NCBI GenBank assembly: GCA_041750285.1
Contig: JBGSZS010000009.1
Coordinates: 116,910-180,909 of the forward strand
Direction: 5' to 3'
DNA from: Candidatus Fermentibacteraceae bacterium
Lineage (GTDB): Bacteria > Fermentibacterota > Fermentibacteria > Fermentibacterales > JCC-6
Length of the DNA stretch: 64,000 nucleotides
In this document: piece after piece, positions 30,191-38,704 of the stretch
Layout of the letters: each line of letters opens with the position of its first letter
Position numbering within the stretch: the first letter of the stretch is position 1
Notes under the pieces: generated by a model
Database searches by the model: none
Seen by the model: only the letters and a program-made list of their open reading frames with translations
Told to the model about the DNA's origin: nothing
Translations under genes and position numbers: made by a program

Positions 30191-31437
30191 TTGCGCATCA
30201 GGGCTTCGATCTCGTCAGGAGTTCTCGGAAACCCTTCAGAGAGAACTGTATTGCCGGTTTCCCCAACCAGCACGTCATCCTCGATGCGAATTCCTATTCC
30301 CTCCTCTGCGGAGTAAAAACCGGGTTCCACGGTGAAAACCATCCCGGCTGCAATTGGAAGCTGTGGAACCTGTTCATCGTGGGTATCCAACCCGATGTGA
30401 TGCCCGATGCCGTGATAGAAGTATTTCTCGAAGTCTTCGGGGCGATCGATGACACCCCTCGAAAGCATCAGCTCACGATAGAACGTGTTGACCTCTTCCC
30501 CCCACTGGCGGTGAAGAATTCCGGGGCGAAGGAGCTGGATCGCCTTGTTCTGCACTTCGAGAACGAGGTCCATGAGTTCCCTCTGCCTGGGGCTGTACTT
30601 CCCGTTAACGGGGACGGTTCTTGTGATATCGGCGCAGTAAAGGTCTTTCATGGCTCCGTGGTCGACAAGGAGCAGCTCGCCTTCGGACAGCACCGCCCTG
30701 TTCTCACCGTAGTGCAGGCATGTGGCCCGGGGACCGCCGGCACAAATGGTGGGGAAAGCAGGAGTCTTCTCCCCTTCATAAGCCCACCTGTACAACAGCT
30801 CGGCCTCGAACTCGTACTCGCGCATCCCCGGCCTCAAACTGGCCACGGCCTGCTCGAAACCCCTTCTCGTGAGCTCTGTCGCTTCGCGGATGCACTGTAC
30901 TTCCTTCTCATCCTTGATCATTCGAAGACGGAAGATGCCCTCTCCGGCATTGTGAATGGCCACGTCCGGAAAAGCGTCCCTGAATCTCCTCACGAGCGAC
31001 AGGCCCCTGCCTGAAAACTCGCCAAGGCCTGTTCTGTGCCAGTCGAAGTAGAAGTTCCTCAGACCCTCCTTGCAAACGAGTTTTTCGAGGAGCTTCTCCT
31101 GGCCGCCGGAGAACCGGACCTCGGAGATACCGCTGATATCGGTGGCCTGCTCTCTCGTGAGAACCGTGCCGTACCACTTCGCGTACTCTTCATCGTATGG
31201 GGAAATGAAAAGGCACTCCTTGACCTCTGGTCTTCCCGCAAGGCGCCACATGACAAGCCAGGTACCCTCCTGAACGATCCCGGTGAGGTAGTAGAGGTTT
31301 CTGGAAGGGATGAGACCGTAGACCGCGTCGGCACTGGATGGAATGGATGCAGCGGCAGGTACAACGACGCAGAACTCATGAGGCATCGACTCGACGAGCC
31401 TGGCCCGTCTTTCGCTGAAAGAAGCCGAACTGAACAC
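30187..31437 (-). CDS. pepP: Xaa-Pro aminopeptidase (M24B)
   Basis: NLYYLTG, CLHY, LLVDHG..YCADITRT, HGIGHHIGLDTHD, TVEPG, GIRIEDD. Confidence 0.9.
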   Translation of the reverse strand: MFSSASFSERRARLVESMPHEFCVVVPAAASIPSSADAVYGLIPSRNLYYLTGIVQEGTWLVMWRLAGRPEVKECLFISPYDEEYAKWYGTVLTREQATDISGISEVRFSGGQEKLLEKLVCKEGLRNFYFDWHRTGLGEFSGRGLSLVRRFRDAFPDVAIHNAGEGIFRLRMIKDEKEVQCIREATELTRRGFEQAVASLRPGMREYEFEAELLYRWAYEGEKTPAFPTICAGGPRATCLHYGENRAVLSEGELLLVDHGAMKDLYCADITRTVPVNGKYSPRQRELMDLVLEVQNKAIQLLRPGILHRQWGEEVNTFYRELMLSRGVIDRPEDFEKYFYHGIGHHIGLDTHDEQVPQLPIAAGMVFTVEPGFYSAEEGIGIRIEDDVLVGETGNTVLSEGFPRTPDEIEALMRK

Positions 31438-32009
31438 TATATCTCCTTAATGATGAGCTCCGAAAAGGGCTTTTTCGGCACATGGTGCCTGCCGGCGGAG
31501 TCGCGGTAGTACTTGACCGACCCTGAAAACTTTTCAAGAACGACTTTCTCACCCGGAACACCAACGGCGATTACGAGTTCGGGACGAACATCATTGGTGC
31601 ACGCAATCGCTGCCACGCTTTCACGGGGAAACGAGAGGAGGATGCAACACCCATATCCCTTGTCCCGTGCGGCGAGGGCGATGTACGCCGCTGCAATGCC
31701 CGTGTCGATTCCGGTGAAAGACCGTTCTTCGCCGGCCGGAGAGGAAATCACGATGTATGCGCTGGGGCGTTCACCCTCGGCGGGACCCTGCCAGTCCTCA
31801 AGGTATCCTGCCCACCCAAGCCCCCGGAAAAGCTGATTCCTGGCCCGCTCGCCGGTAACGATGGAGTACCTAAGCCTTTGGAGATTCGATGCGCATGGAG
31901 CAAGGGATGCGGTCTCCACGATTTCCCGAAGGTCTTCCAGCGCTGCAGGCTTCGATTCAATGAACCGCCTGACAGATCTGGTAGCAGATGCGAGCTGCCT
32001 GAAAAACAT
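31437..32009 (-). CDS. Nitroreductase family protein
   Basis: RSVRRF, APCASNLQ, WAGYL.DW.GP.EGERP, DTGIAA, HVPK. Confidence 0.88.
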   Translation of the reverse strand: MFFRQLASATRSVRRFIESKPAALEDLREIVETASLAPCASNLQRLRYSIVTGERARNQLFRGLGWAGYLEDWQGPAEGERPSAYIVISSPAGEERSFTGIDTGIAAAYIALAARDKGYGCCILLSFPRESVAAIACTNDVRPELVIAVGVPGEKVVLEKFSGSVKYYRDSAGRHHVPKKPFSELIIKEI

Positions 32010-32049
32010 GTCTCTTCCCCTTTCACAAGAGCAAGTATAACATCAGCAA

Positions 32050-32075
32050 GGGGGCGCGGCCTTGACCGCGCCCCC
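32050..32075 (-). terminator. Terminator hairpin downstream of hsp20
   Basis: GGGGGCGCGG-CCTTGA-CCGCGCCCCC perfect 10-bp stem. Confidence 0.65.
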
Positions 32076-32098
32076 CCGGGTCTTTCAGGCGATGTGCC

Positions 32099-32539
32099 TC
32101 AGCCCTTGATGGTGATCTTCCTGTGGAGGGCTTTCTCCTCCTTGGGAATGGTAATGGTGAGCACACCGTCTGCGAAGTCTGCCTCGGCCTTGTCGTGTTT
32201 CACGTCGGGCGGAAGGCTGAAGCTGCGGGTGAAAGATCCATAGCGCATTTCCCTGCGGTGCCAGGTGTCGCCGGATTTCTCCTCCTCGATCTTCTTCTCG
32301 CCCCGGATCGTGAGAACACCGTTGGCAACCTCGATCTCGATGGCATCCTTAGGGATTCCAGGAAGCTCTGCCTTGATCTTTATGGAATCGCCCTTTTCGC
32401 AGATGTCAACAGCGGGTGCCCACTGGTATTCCTGAGTTCCGTCGATCTCGGGCCAGAGGCCTTCGAATACACGGTTCATGTTTCTCACCATGTCGTAGGG
32501 GGTGAGGCCCGTTTCGCGGTTCTGCCTGATGAGTCTCAT
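32099..32539 (-). CDS. Hsp20/alpha-crystallin small heat shock protein
   Basis: PAVDI.E, ELPGI, LTIRGEK, RYGSFTRSFSLP, DGVLTITIPK; AAAGGAGA RBS. Confidence 0.93.
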   Translation of the reverse strand: MRLIRQNRETGLTPYDMVRNMNRVFEGLWPEIDGTQEYQWAPAVDICEKGDSIKIKAELPGIPKDAIEIEVANGVLTIRGEKKIEEEKSGDTWHRREMRYGSFTRSFSLPPDVKHDKAEADFADGVLTITIPKEEKALHRKITIKG

Positions 32540-32596
32540 GATCTTTCTCCTTTCTGCATTCATCCCTTTTCAGGGTTGTTCCGCACTGGATTCAAA

Positions 32597-32613
32597 TGCA
32601 AAACCTTTGCCAA
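32597..32613 (-). promoter_or_regulatory. Sigma54 (-24/-12) promoter for hsp20
   Basis: Minus strand TTGGCAAAGGTTTTGCA gives exact GG-N10-GC spacing about 60 bp upstream of the start codon. Confidence 0.72.
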
Positions 32614-32729
32614 TTCATGCAGAAAGAACCGTATATGCATGCTGAACAGAGACATACACTTCATTCGATCGGGCATCCGAACGCATGAAGAAAGCCCGGT
32701 GCGTCGTATTGGCGCACCGGGCCGACTTC

Positions 32730-34040
32730 CTATTTCCCGGAGATGCTGACGCTCTCCAGAAGCACTGCTGGATCAAGCCGTGTGGACAGGGGGTTGTACG
32801 GTCTGTCCTGAACCGCCTGAACCCGGTTGAGCACATCGTAGACATTGCCGGCCATCATGCCGTCCTTTACCCTGCCCACGATCCTGCCTTTCTCCACCAG
32901 TATCCCCGGATTGAATCCCACTGAAAAATCCCCGTTGATGATGTTGCCCGAGTGTGCACCCAGGAGCCCGAACGCCAGTATGCCCCTGTCAATCATCGAC
33001 AGCATTTCGTCGAAGCTCGTATCTCCCGTCATGAACGTTCCGTTGCGGAAACTCGGTTCAGGGGAAAGAGCAACAGGATCTCCTCCCCACATGCTCGAGC
33101 GGAAACCGCTTCCCGTAGGCTTCACCCCGATTTTTCCAGCATAGAACAGATTGGTGTAGGGACCCTTGAAAACGCCATTCTCAAAAAGGGCGACCCGCCC
33201 GGTTGCAACCCCTTCGTCATCAAAGGCGCGGCGTGCCACTGCGGGATCCCTCTCGGGATCGGCAACCAGGGTGAGCTTTTCCGAAAGCACCTCTTCTCCC
33301 ACCCTGCCCTTCAGCGGGGTCGCTCCGGAATGGAACGACCTGGCACTCGATGCCGCGGTCAGTCTCCAGAGAACTCCGTACAGGCTTCCGGGAAGAAGCA
33401 TGACCTGCATTTTTCCGTCACCCGCCCCGACCTCGGGAAGAGACTCTTCATAAATTCGGCATTTGTTAGCGACCGACTCACTGTCGACCGGGGCGTCCGA
33501 AACACCTGCAAACATCGTGTGAAGGCTTGTTTCGGTTCCCGGATACCTTGCTGAAATGCTTCCGAAAACGCCGGAGCTTCTGTGAAGCAGATCGGTGCCG
33601 GATGTATTGATAAGCCTGACAGTTTCCACGGCACTCCCGGCACTGGTGTCGATGCAGCTCCGGGAAAGTGACCCCGCCATCTCCTCCATCTTCTCGCAGA
33701 TCGAAAGGGCCTCCGGGAAACCGGACCCCTCCACTTTCTCATCGAAACCGCCGATATCTGGCTTCATGGAGGTATGGGGGAACTGGAAATCCACCTCCGG
33801 GCCGTGCTCGAGTGAAAGAAGAGCGCAATCCAGCAGGGCCTGCCTGTCCAGAAGGTTCTTCGTGTAGGCTGTACCCATTCTGCCGTTCCTGATAAGACGA
33901 ATGGCGCAGCCCGACTGAATGGTGGCTGTCGTATCCACGACATGGCCTTCCCTGCGGGACATCTCCACGCTGCGGGTTCTCTGATGATAGACCTCGGCGC
34001 TGCAGCCGGCCTTCAATGCCAGTTCGAGAAGCTTCTCCAT
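32730..34040 (-). CDS. TldE/PmbA family protein
   Basis: RAFDDEGV, LFENGV, GAHSGNIINGDFSV, G.IVGRVKD.M.AGN; paired with tldD. Confidence 0.88.
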   Translation of the reverse strand: MEKLLELALKAGCSAEVYHQRTRSVEMSRREGHVVDTTATIQSGCAIRLIRNGRMGTAYTKNLLDRQALLDCALLSLEHGPEVDFQFPHTSMKPDIGGFDEKVEGSGFPEALSICEKMEEMAGSLSRSCIDTSAGSAVETVRLINTSGTDLLHRSSGVFGSISARYPGTETSLHTMFAGVSDAPVDSESVANKCRIYEESLPEVGAGDGKMQVMLLPGSLYGVLWRLTAASSARSFHSGATPLKGRVGEEVLSEKLTLVADPERDPAVARRAFDDEGVATGRVALFENGVFKGPYTNLFYAGKIGVKPTGSGFRSSMWGGDPVALSPEPSFRNGTFMTGDTSFDEMLSMIDRGILAFGLLGAHSGNIINGDFSVGFNPGILVEKGRIVGRVKDGMMAGNVYDVLNRVQAVQDRPYNPLSTRLDPAVLLESVSISGK

Positions 34041-35401
34041 CACACACCCCCTACAACCATGCCGCGAACAAGAATGGAGGGTCCGCCGTGGCCGCTCTTT
34101 ATGTTGACCTGACCTTTCCCGCAACCACCTCTTTCTCCGAGATGGAAGTCGTTTGCCGCTGCCTCAATGCTTTTCAGCGTGGAGAACAGGTTCCCCATTA
34201 TGTTGATGTCCCTGATCATGGGTCCCGCTTCGCCGTTGCGGACCAGGTACCCGTATTGAGCCCCGAAGGTGAAGTTCTCTCCGGCGGTCTGGCCTCCCTT
34301 GGCGTCACAGAGGTAAAGGCCGTTTCCCAGTTGTGCGAGGAGTTCCCTGAACCCCAGTTCTCCCGGTTCGAAAAAAATGGTTCCCATCCTGACTATCGGT
34401 TCATACCTGTAGTCTTCCGCAACCGCATGACCGGTAACCGGTTCCCCAAAGGCGCCGGCAGTCCTGAGGGAGTGAAGCCTTCCCGTCAGAACTCCCCTGG
34501 TCATTAGCTGCACCTTCCGCACCGGAACGCCTTCATCGTCGTACCGGTAGTAACCGACCTGCCCCGGCATTGTGGAATCCGCGGTTATGTTCACCGCATC
34601 ACTTCCCAGGCGGGCTCCCAGGGCCATTTTCTCCCTCATCGAAGTATTGTCTTCGATGATGTCGGCCTCGCTGAAGTGCCCGAAGGCCTCGTGGGCAAAC
34701 ACCCCTGTCATCGAGGAGTTCAGAACGACATCGTATGTCCCGGCCTTGAGTGGTTCTGCATCGAGGAGTTCCGCCGCCAGTCCACCCCTCTTCACGAATT
34801 CGTCTTCCCTGTCCAGCAGATTGTGAAAACCATCAGCGCCTCCAACGGCGACCCTGATGTTCTGAAGAAGACCGTTTCTCTCTGCAACCGCCTCGCCTCC
34901 AATTGCCACGGTTACGATACGCTCACGTACCGCCGAGCCACGGGTGCTGACGAAAAACTTCTCACGATCGACCTCGGAATAGCTCACATTGGTGGTTGCT
35001 ATCTCAGGCATTCCCAGCATCAGACGGCTGTACTTAGCCGCCAATGCCAGCTTGTCCTGCAGAGGTATGTCGGCGGGGTCTCCGTTCAGAGAAGGTTCGA
35101 CATGGTCTATCGTTGCAGGAACGTCGGCAAGGAGCACCCGCTTTCCGCTCTTTCCCATGACTGACGCCCCCTCGGCAGCCAGTCGGAGCGCCTCCGGAAC
35201 GTCCTGTTCCCTGGTGACGGTTGCAGACGCAAAACCGTGTTCCTTGTGAACCCGTACGACAAAGCCATCCGTGGAAACCGAATCAACGCCTTTCAGCTGG
35301 TCCTTGATGAACTCAGCGCTGGATGTCCGCATTCTTTCATAGCGGATGTCTGCGTAATCGGCCTCCACCTTGGAAAGAGTCTTCTTCAACAGATCAAGCA
35401 T
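34040..35401 (-). CDS. tldD: TldD family metalloprotease
   Basis: HEAFGHFSEAD (HExxxH), YDDEGV, RMG, GCGK.Q...GHGGP. Confidence 0.9.
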   Translation of the reverse strand: MLDLLKKTLSKVEADYADIRYERMRTSSAEFIKDQLKGVDSVSTDGFVVRVHKEHGFASATVTREQDVPEALRLAAEGASVMGKSGKRVLLADVPATIDHVEPSLNGDPADIPLQDKLALAAKYSRLMLGMPEIATTNVSYSEVDREKFFVSTRGSAVRERIVTVAIGGEAVAERNGLLQNIRVAVGGADGFHNLLDREDEFVKRGGLAAELLDAEPLKAGTYDVVLNSSMTGVFAHEAFGHFSEADIIEDNTSMREKMALGARLGSDAVNITADSTMPGQVGYYRYDDEGVPVRKVQLMTRGVLTGRLHSLRTAGAFGEPVTGHAVAEDYRYEPIVRMGTIFFEPGELGFRELLAQLGNGLYLCDAKGGQTAGENFTFGAQYGYLVRNGEAGPMIRDINIMGNLFSTLKSIEAAANDFHLGERGGCGKGQVNIKSGHGGPSILVRGMVVGGV

Positions 35402-35541
35402 GGTAACCTCCCGTTTTGGGCGACTGGCTTCAGAAAGGTAACATGGCGAATTTTTGAAAATAATGCTAAAAGTACCAGATGCGTTCGAGGCAGAGCAGCG
35501 AGGAAAGTACAGTATACTGCTGCACAACTGGTTACTTCAAT

Positions 35542-35571
35542 AAACTAAGTTATCTAAGTCCGTCCCCTAAA
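35542..35571 (-). repeat. Right copy of the perfect 30-bp inverted repeat
   Basis: AAACTAAGTTATCTAAGTCCGTCCCCTAAA is the reverse complement of 26434-26463. Confidence 0.95.
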
Positions 35572-35612
35572 GAAGAAGCGGGCGCCGGAAAGGGGGGGGA
35601 ACCAGCGCCCGC
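35569..35612 (-). terminator. Intrinsic terminator of degP
   Basis: GCGGGCGC...GCGCCCGC stem followed on the minus strand by TTCTTCTTT. Confidence 0.7.
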
Positions 35613-35645
35613 CGGGGTGGGGGGGGGAAGAGGAGGAGGTCGGTC

Positions 35646-37058
35646 TCAGAGGCGCATGACGGTGAAGAAAGTGCTGCCGTCGCGCCAGATGAGAAGCAGA
35701 ACGTCGTCGGTGGAGTTGCGGATGATGTCTTCTACTTCTCCGGGTGTCCCGACCCTGGTCCGGTTGACCTCGAGGATCACATCGCCTCCGCGAAGTCCCG
35801 CGCTTTCTGCGCTGCCGTTCCGGGTCACCTCGGCTATGAGCACACCCTCTGATCCTGGTACTCCCAGTTGCTCGGCCCGGTTCCATTCAAGTTCTCGAAG
35901 AACCCAGCCCGCCTCTTCCGAGAAGGAGCGTGCGACTTCGGGCACCATGGAGGCGCCGGGCTGCGAGCCAAGGGTGACACGGACAATACGCTCCCTGCCA
36001 TCACGGATCAGGGTGAAGGCGACCCGGGTCTCGGGAAGGGTGGCGGCGATCCGGTTTCGGAGGGATGCCACTGTCTGAACCGGCTCGCCGTCCATGGCTG
36101 TTATCACGTCACCCCTCAGGATGTCCGCACCAGAGGCGGGTGTCCCCGTGAGGACGTCCGACACCACAACACCGGCAACATCCTCATCCAGGCCGAATTG
36201 AAGCCGCAACTCGTCCGACAACTCCTGAAGGGTCACGCCAAGCCACCCGCGCCGAACCTCTCCGAAGCTTATCAGGTCACTCATGACGCTCCGGACCATT
36301 TCAACGGGGATGGCGAATCCGACACCCTGGTTTCCACCGGTGCGGCTCGCAATGGCGGTGTTGATCCCTATCAGCTCGCCCCTCATGTTCACCAGCGCGC
36401 CTCCGCTGTTTCCTGGGTTGATGGCGGCATCGGTCTGGATGTACGACTCGTAGTCGGCGAGCCCAACCCCCTCCCTGCCGAGAAAACTGATGATGCCCTG
36501 AGTGACGGTCTGGCTCAGGGCGAAGGGGGAGCCAATGGCAAGGACCCACTCACCTACCCTTGCAGTGCCGGTCTGTCCCATCTCTATCACGGGAAGACCT
36601 GTGGCTTCTATGCGGATGACGGCAAGATCCGTTCTGCTGTCTGACGCGATCAGTTTCGCCGGGAAGGTCTCTCCGGTGGAGAGCACCACCTCGAGCTCAT
36701 CCGCCTCGCCCACAACATGGTGGTTTGTTACTATGTAGCCGTCATCGGTCACTATCACGCCGCTTCCGAGCCCCCGCTGCGTGTATTCCCTCTGCTGGGG
36801 AGGCCCAAAACCGTAGAATCCCCAAGGGGTCATGCCGAAACCTGGAACAGTTGCCGTAACGGTTGTCCGGGAGTTGATGGTCACCACACTTGGGCCCACG
36901 GCTTCCGCTATGTCCGCAAAATGATCGCTGATGGCAACAGGGTCAGCCATGACCACGGTCACAGTGTCCGGGTTCGCCGTGACGCCTGTTTCCTGAAGCC
37001 CGGGGGATGGAAGCAAAACCTGCGTCAAGGCGGCAAGGCATGCAAGAACCGTACCCAA
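35646..37058 (-). CDS. degP: DegP/HtrA serine endoprotease with two PDZ domains
   Basis: GSGVI, TNHHV (His), DLAV (Asp), IQTDAAINPGNSGG (Ser), RGWLGV PDZ. Confidence 0.93.
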   Translation of the reverse strand: MGTVLACLAALTQVLLPSPGLQETGVTANPDTVTVVMADPVAISDHFADIAEAVGPSVVTINSRTTVTATVPGFGMTPWGFYGFGPPQQREYTQRGLGSGVIVTDDGYIVTNHHVVGEADELEVVLSTGETFPAKLIASDSRTDLAVIRIEATGLPVIEMGQTGTARVGEWVLAIGSPFALSQTVTQGIISFLGREGVGLADYESYIQTDAAINPGNSGGALVNMRGELIGINTAIASRTGGNQGVGFAIPVEMVRSVMSDLISFGEVRRGWLGVTLQELSDELRLQFGLDEDVAGVVVSDVLTGTPASGADILRGDVITAMDGEPVQTVASLRNRIAATLPETRVAFTLIRDGRERIVRVTLGSQPGASMVPEVARSFSEEAGWVLRELEWNRAEQLGVPGSEGVLIAEVTRNGSAESAGLRGGDVILEVNRTRVGTPGEVEDIIRNSTDDVLLLIWRDGSTFFTVMRL

Positions 37059-37193
37059 TTCTCCTCCTTTCCTGTCTACTACCGTGCGGGTGATTTTACC
37101 CCCGTGAAAAAGACAGGTTCCATAAGATCGGGCTGTTGACGAGCGGTCTGTCCTGGAGTATCTGAAACGGGCAAACGAAAGGCCGGGTTTACT

Positions 37194-37844
37194 ATGCTGA
37201 TGCTCATCCTCACGCTGGCGGGCATGTTCACCATTCCTTCAGCCATCGTTCTGCCCTCCCCCGAAACCGAAGGCGGCATGAGCCTTTACGCAGCACTCTC
37301 CGTGCGACGATCGGTGAGAAGCTATTCCGGAACAGACAGCCTGACATTGGGGCAGCTCTCACAGCTCGTGTGGGCAGCCCAGGGGAAAACCGGCACCCGG
37401 GGAAGGCGTACCGCACCCTCCGCGGGCGCGACATACCCTCTGGAAGTGCTTTGCCTGATCGAAAGGGTATCGGGGGCGGAACCGGGCCTGTACCGTTACG
37501 ACCCGGTCGACCACATTCTTGCTCCCACTGCGATCGCAGCGGCCGGGGCAACCGTCCCCAGGGTGGCCGAGGCCTGTTACGGGCAATCCTGGATCGGCAA
37601 CGCCGCGGCGATTCTAGTAATAGTCGCCGACTACCCGCGCACGACCGATCACTACGGTGAAAGGGGCGTCCGCTACGTTGACATGGAGGCCGGACACACC
37701 GGCCAGAATGTTTATCTGATGGCCGCGGCGCTGGATCTAGCCACCTGCGCGGTGGGCGCCTTCGATGAGGATGCCATGACAGACCTTCTGGGGCTGCGCG
37801 GCCAGAAGCCGGTCTACATCTTTCCGGTTGGAGTCCCGGAATAG
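37194..37844 (+). CDS. SagB/ThcOx family dehydrogenase (nitroreductase fold)
   Basis: RRSVRSY, RTAPSAGATYPLE, YGERGVRY..MEAGH..QN..L, VGAFDE. Confidence 0.88.
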   Translation: MLMLILTLAGMFTIPSAIVLPSPETEGGMSLYAALSVRRSVRSYSGTDSLTLGQLSQLVWAAQGKTGTRGRRTAPSAGATYPLEVLCLIERVSGAEPGLYRYDPVDHILAPTAIAAAGATVPRVAEACYGQSWIGNAAAILVIVADYPRTTDHYGERGVRYVDMEAGHTGQNVYLMAAALDLATCAVGAFDEDAMTDLLGLRGQKPVYIFPVGVPE

Positions 37845-37845
37845 A

Positions 37846-38574
37846 CTAGAACCTGTACTCCACCCCCAGCACGGCGTAGTGAAGCCACGCAAAGGTGTAG
37901 ACCGCATCGACGTCGGCGCCGCCCTCAATGGTCCTGTAGCCGGCGTTGAGGCTGAGCATGTCACTCAGGTCGCGCGAAAGCTTCAGGGATACGTCGAATG
38001 CCCGGCCGGGACCTCCCGCCAACCCGTTGAAATCAAGGGAAAGCCTGGTTCCCGGGCAGAACGTGTAATCCCCCCTGAGGTAGAGCAGGGGCACGAAGCC
38101 CAGATCGGTCTTCTCGGCGTGAAGGTCTTCCTGCGAAAGGCTTATCAGGGCGTCGCGGATCTTGGCGGTGAAACCCACCCTCCACTGCCAGCTCCCGCCC
38201 TCGTGAAAAAGGTAGCTGTAGCCAACCCGCCACGAGTTGAAGCGGAATACGGCGTCTGTGGTGCCCGCCGGGAAGGTCACGCCCTGAAAAACGGCAGCTT
38301 CTTCAAGCTCCACCGTCTCGCTTATCTCCAGTGGGGCAAGGGTGAGCTGCAGCCGGTGCCTCGGGTTCATGTCCCAGTTAACGTACATCCGTCCCGCGGC
38401 AAGGGGGCCGGACCCTGCCAGGTCAACAAGATCGATCTCGGTGGACTCGGTGTCGTTTGGAATACGGAAGTCGTTCCTTGACTGCCAGACCAGGCCACCC
38501 TCGAGTTCGACGGAGAAGTTCCCCGCACAGAGCACTGCGACCACGACAGGCACAACAGCTGAAAAAAGTCTCAT
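37846..38574 (-). CDS. Hypothetical outer-membrane beta-barrel protein
   Basis: Signal peptide, amphipathic strands, C-terminal LGVEYRF barrel signal. Confidence 0.7.
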   Translation of the reverse strand: MRLFSAVVPVVVAVLCAGNFSVELEGGLVWQSRNDFRIPNDTESTEIDLVDLAGSGPLAAGRMYVNWDMNPRHRLQLTLAPLEISETVELEEAAVFQGVTFPAGTTDAVFRFNSWRVGYSYLFHEGGSWQWRVGFTAKIRDALISLSQEDLHAEKTDLGFVPLLYLRGDYTFCPGTRLSLDFNGLAGGPGRAFDVSLKLSRDLSDMLSLNAGYRTIEGGADVDAVYTFAWLHYAVLGVEYRF

Positions 38575-38704
38575 CCCAAGGCCCCCTTTCCGACCCGTTC
38601 ATCCGGGCGTTCAAAACCGTTCCCGCGTGTTGAATATAGGCCTTCGGGTCTGAAGACGGGTCGTTTTTCTTATATTCAGTTCCGACAACGAATGGGGGGC
38701 AGAA

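Larger units (their letters stand above)
26438..35567. mobile_element. Putative non-autonomous transposon or cassette (9130 bp) with 26-bp TIRs and TA flanks
   Basis: Perfect TIRs GGGGACGGACTTAGATAACTTAGTTT, TA on both sides, reconstructed empty site ATT-TAA-AGAAG; no transposase inside. Confidence 0.6.

Noticed and set aside
35591..35640. Poly-G tracts as a phase-variation site or G-quadruplex
   Set aside because: They lie in the degP 3' UTR and terminator loop, not in a coding or promoter region; no functional evidence
37160..37192. GGGCAAAC...GAAA as a c-di-GMP-I riboswitch
   Set aside because: Lacks the GNRA-capped stem, GCAAAG segment and P2 receptor; too short
37194..37844. SagB-like dehydrogenase plus TldD/PmbA as a RiPP (azole peptide) cluster
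   Set aside because: No YcaO cyclodehydratase or precursor peptide nearby; standalone copies are common in anaerobes
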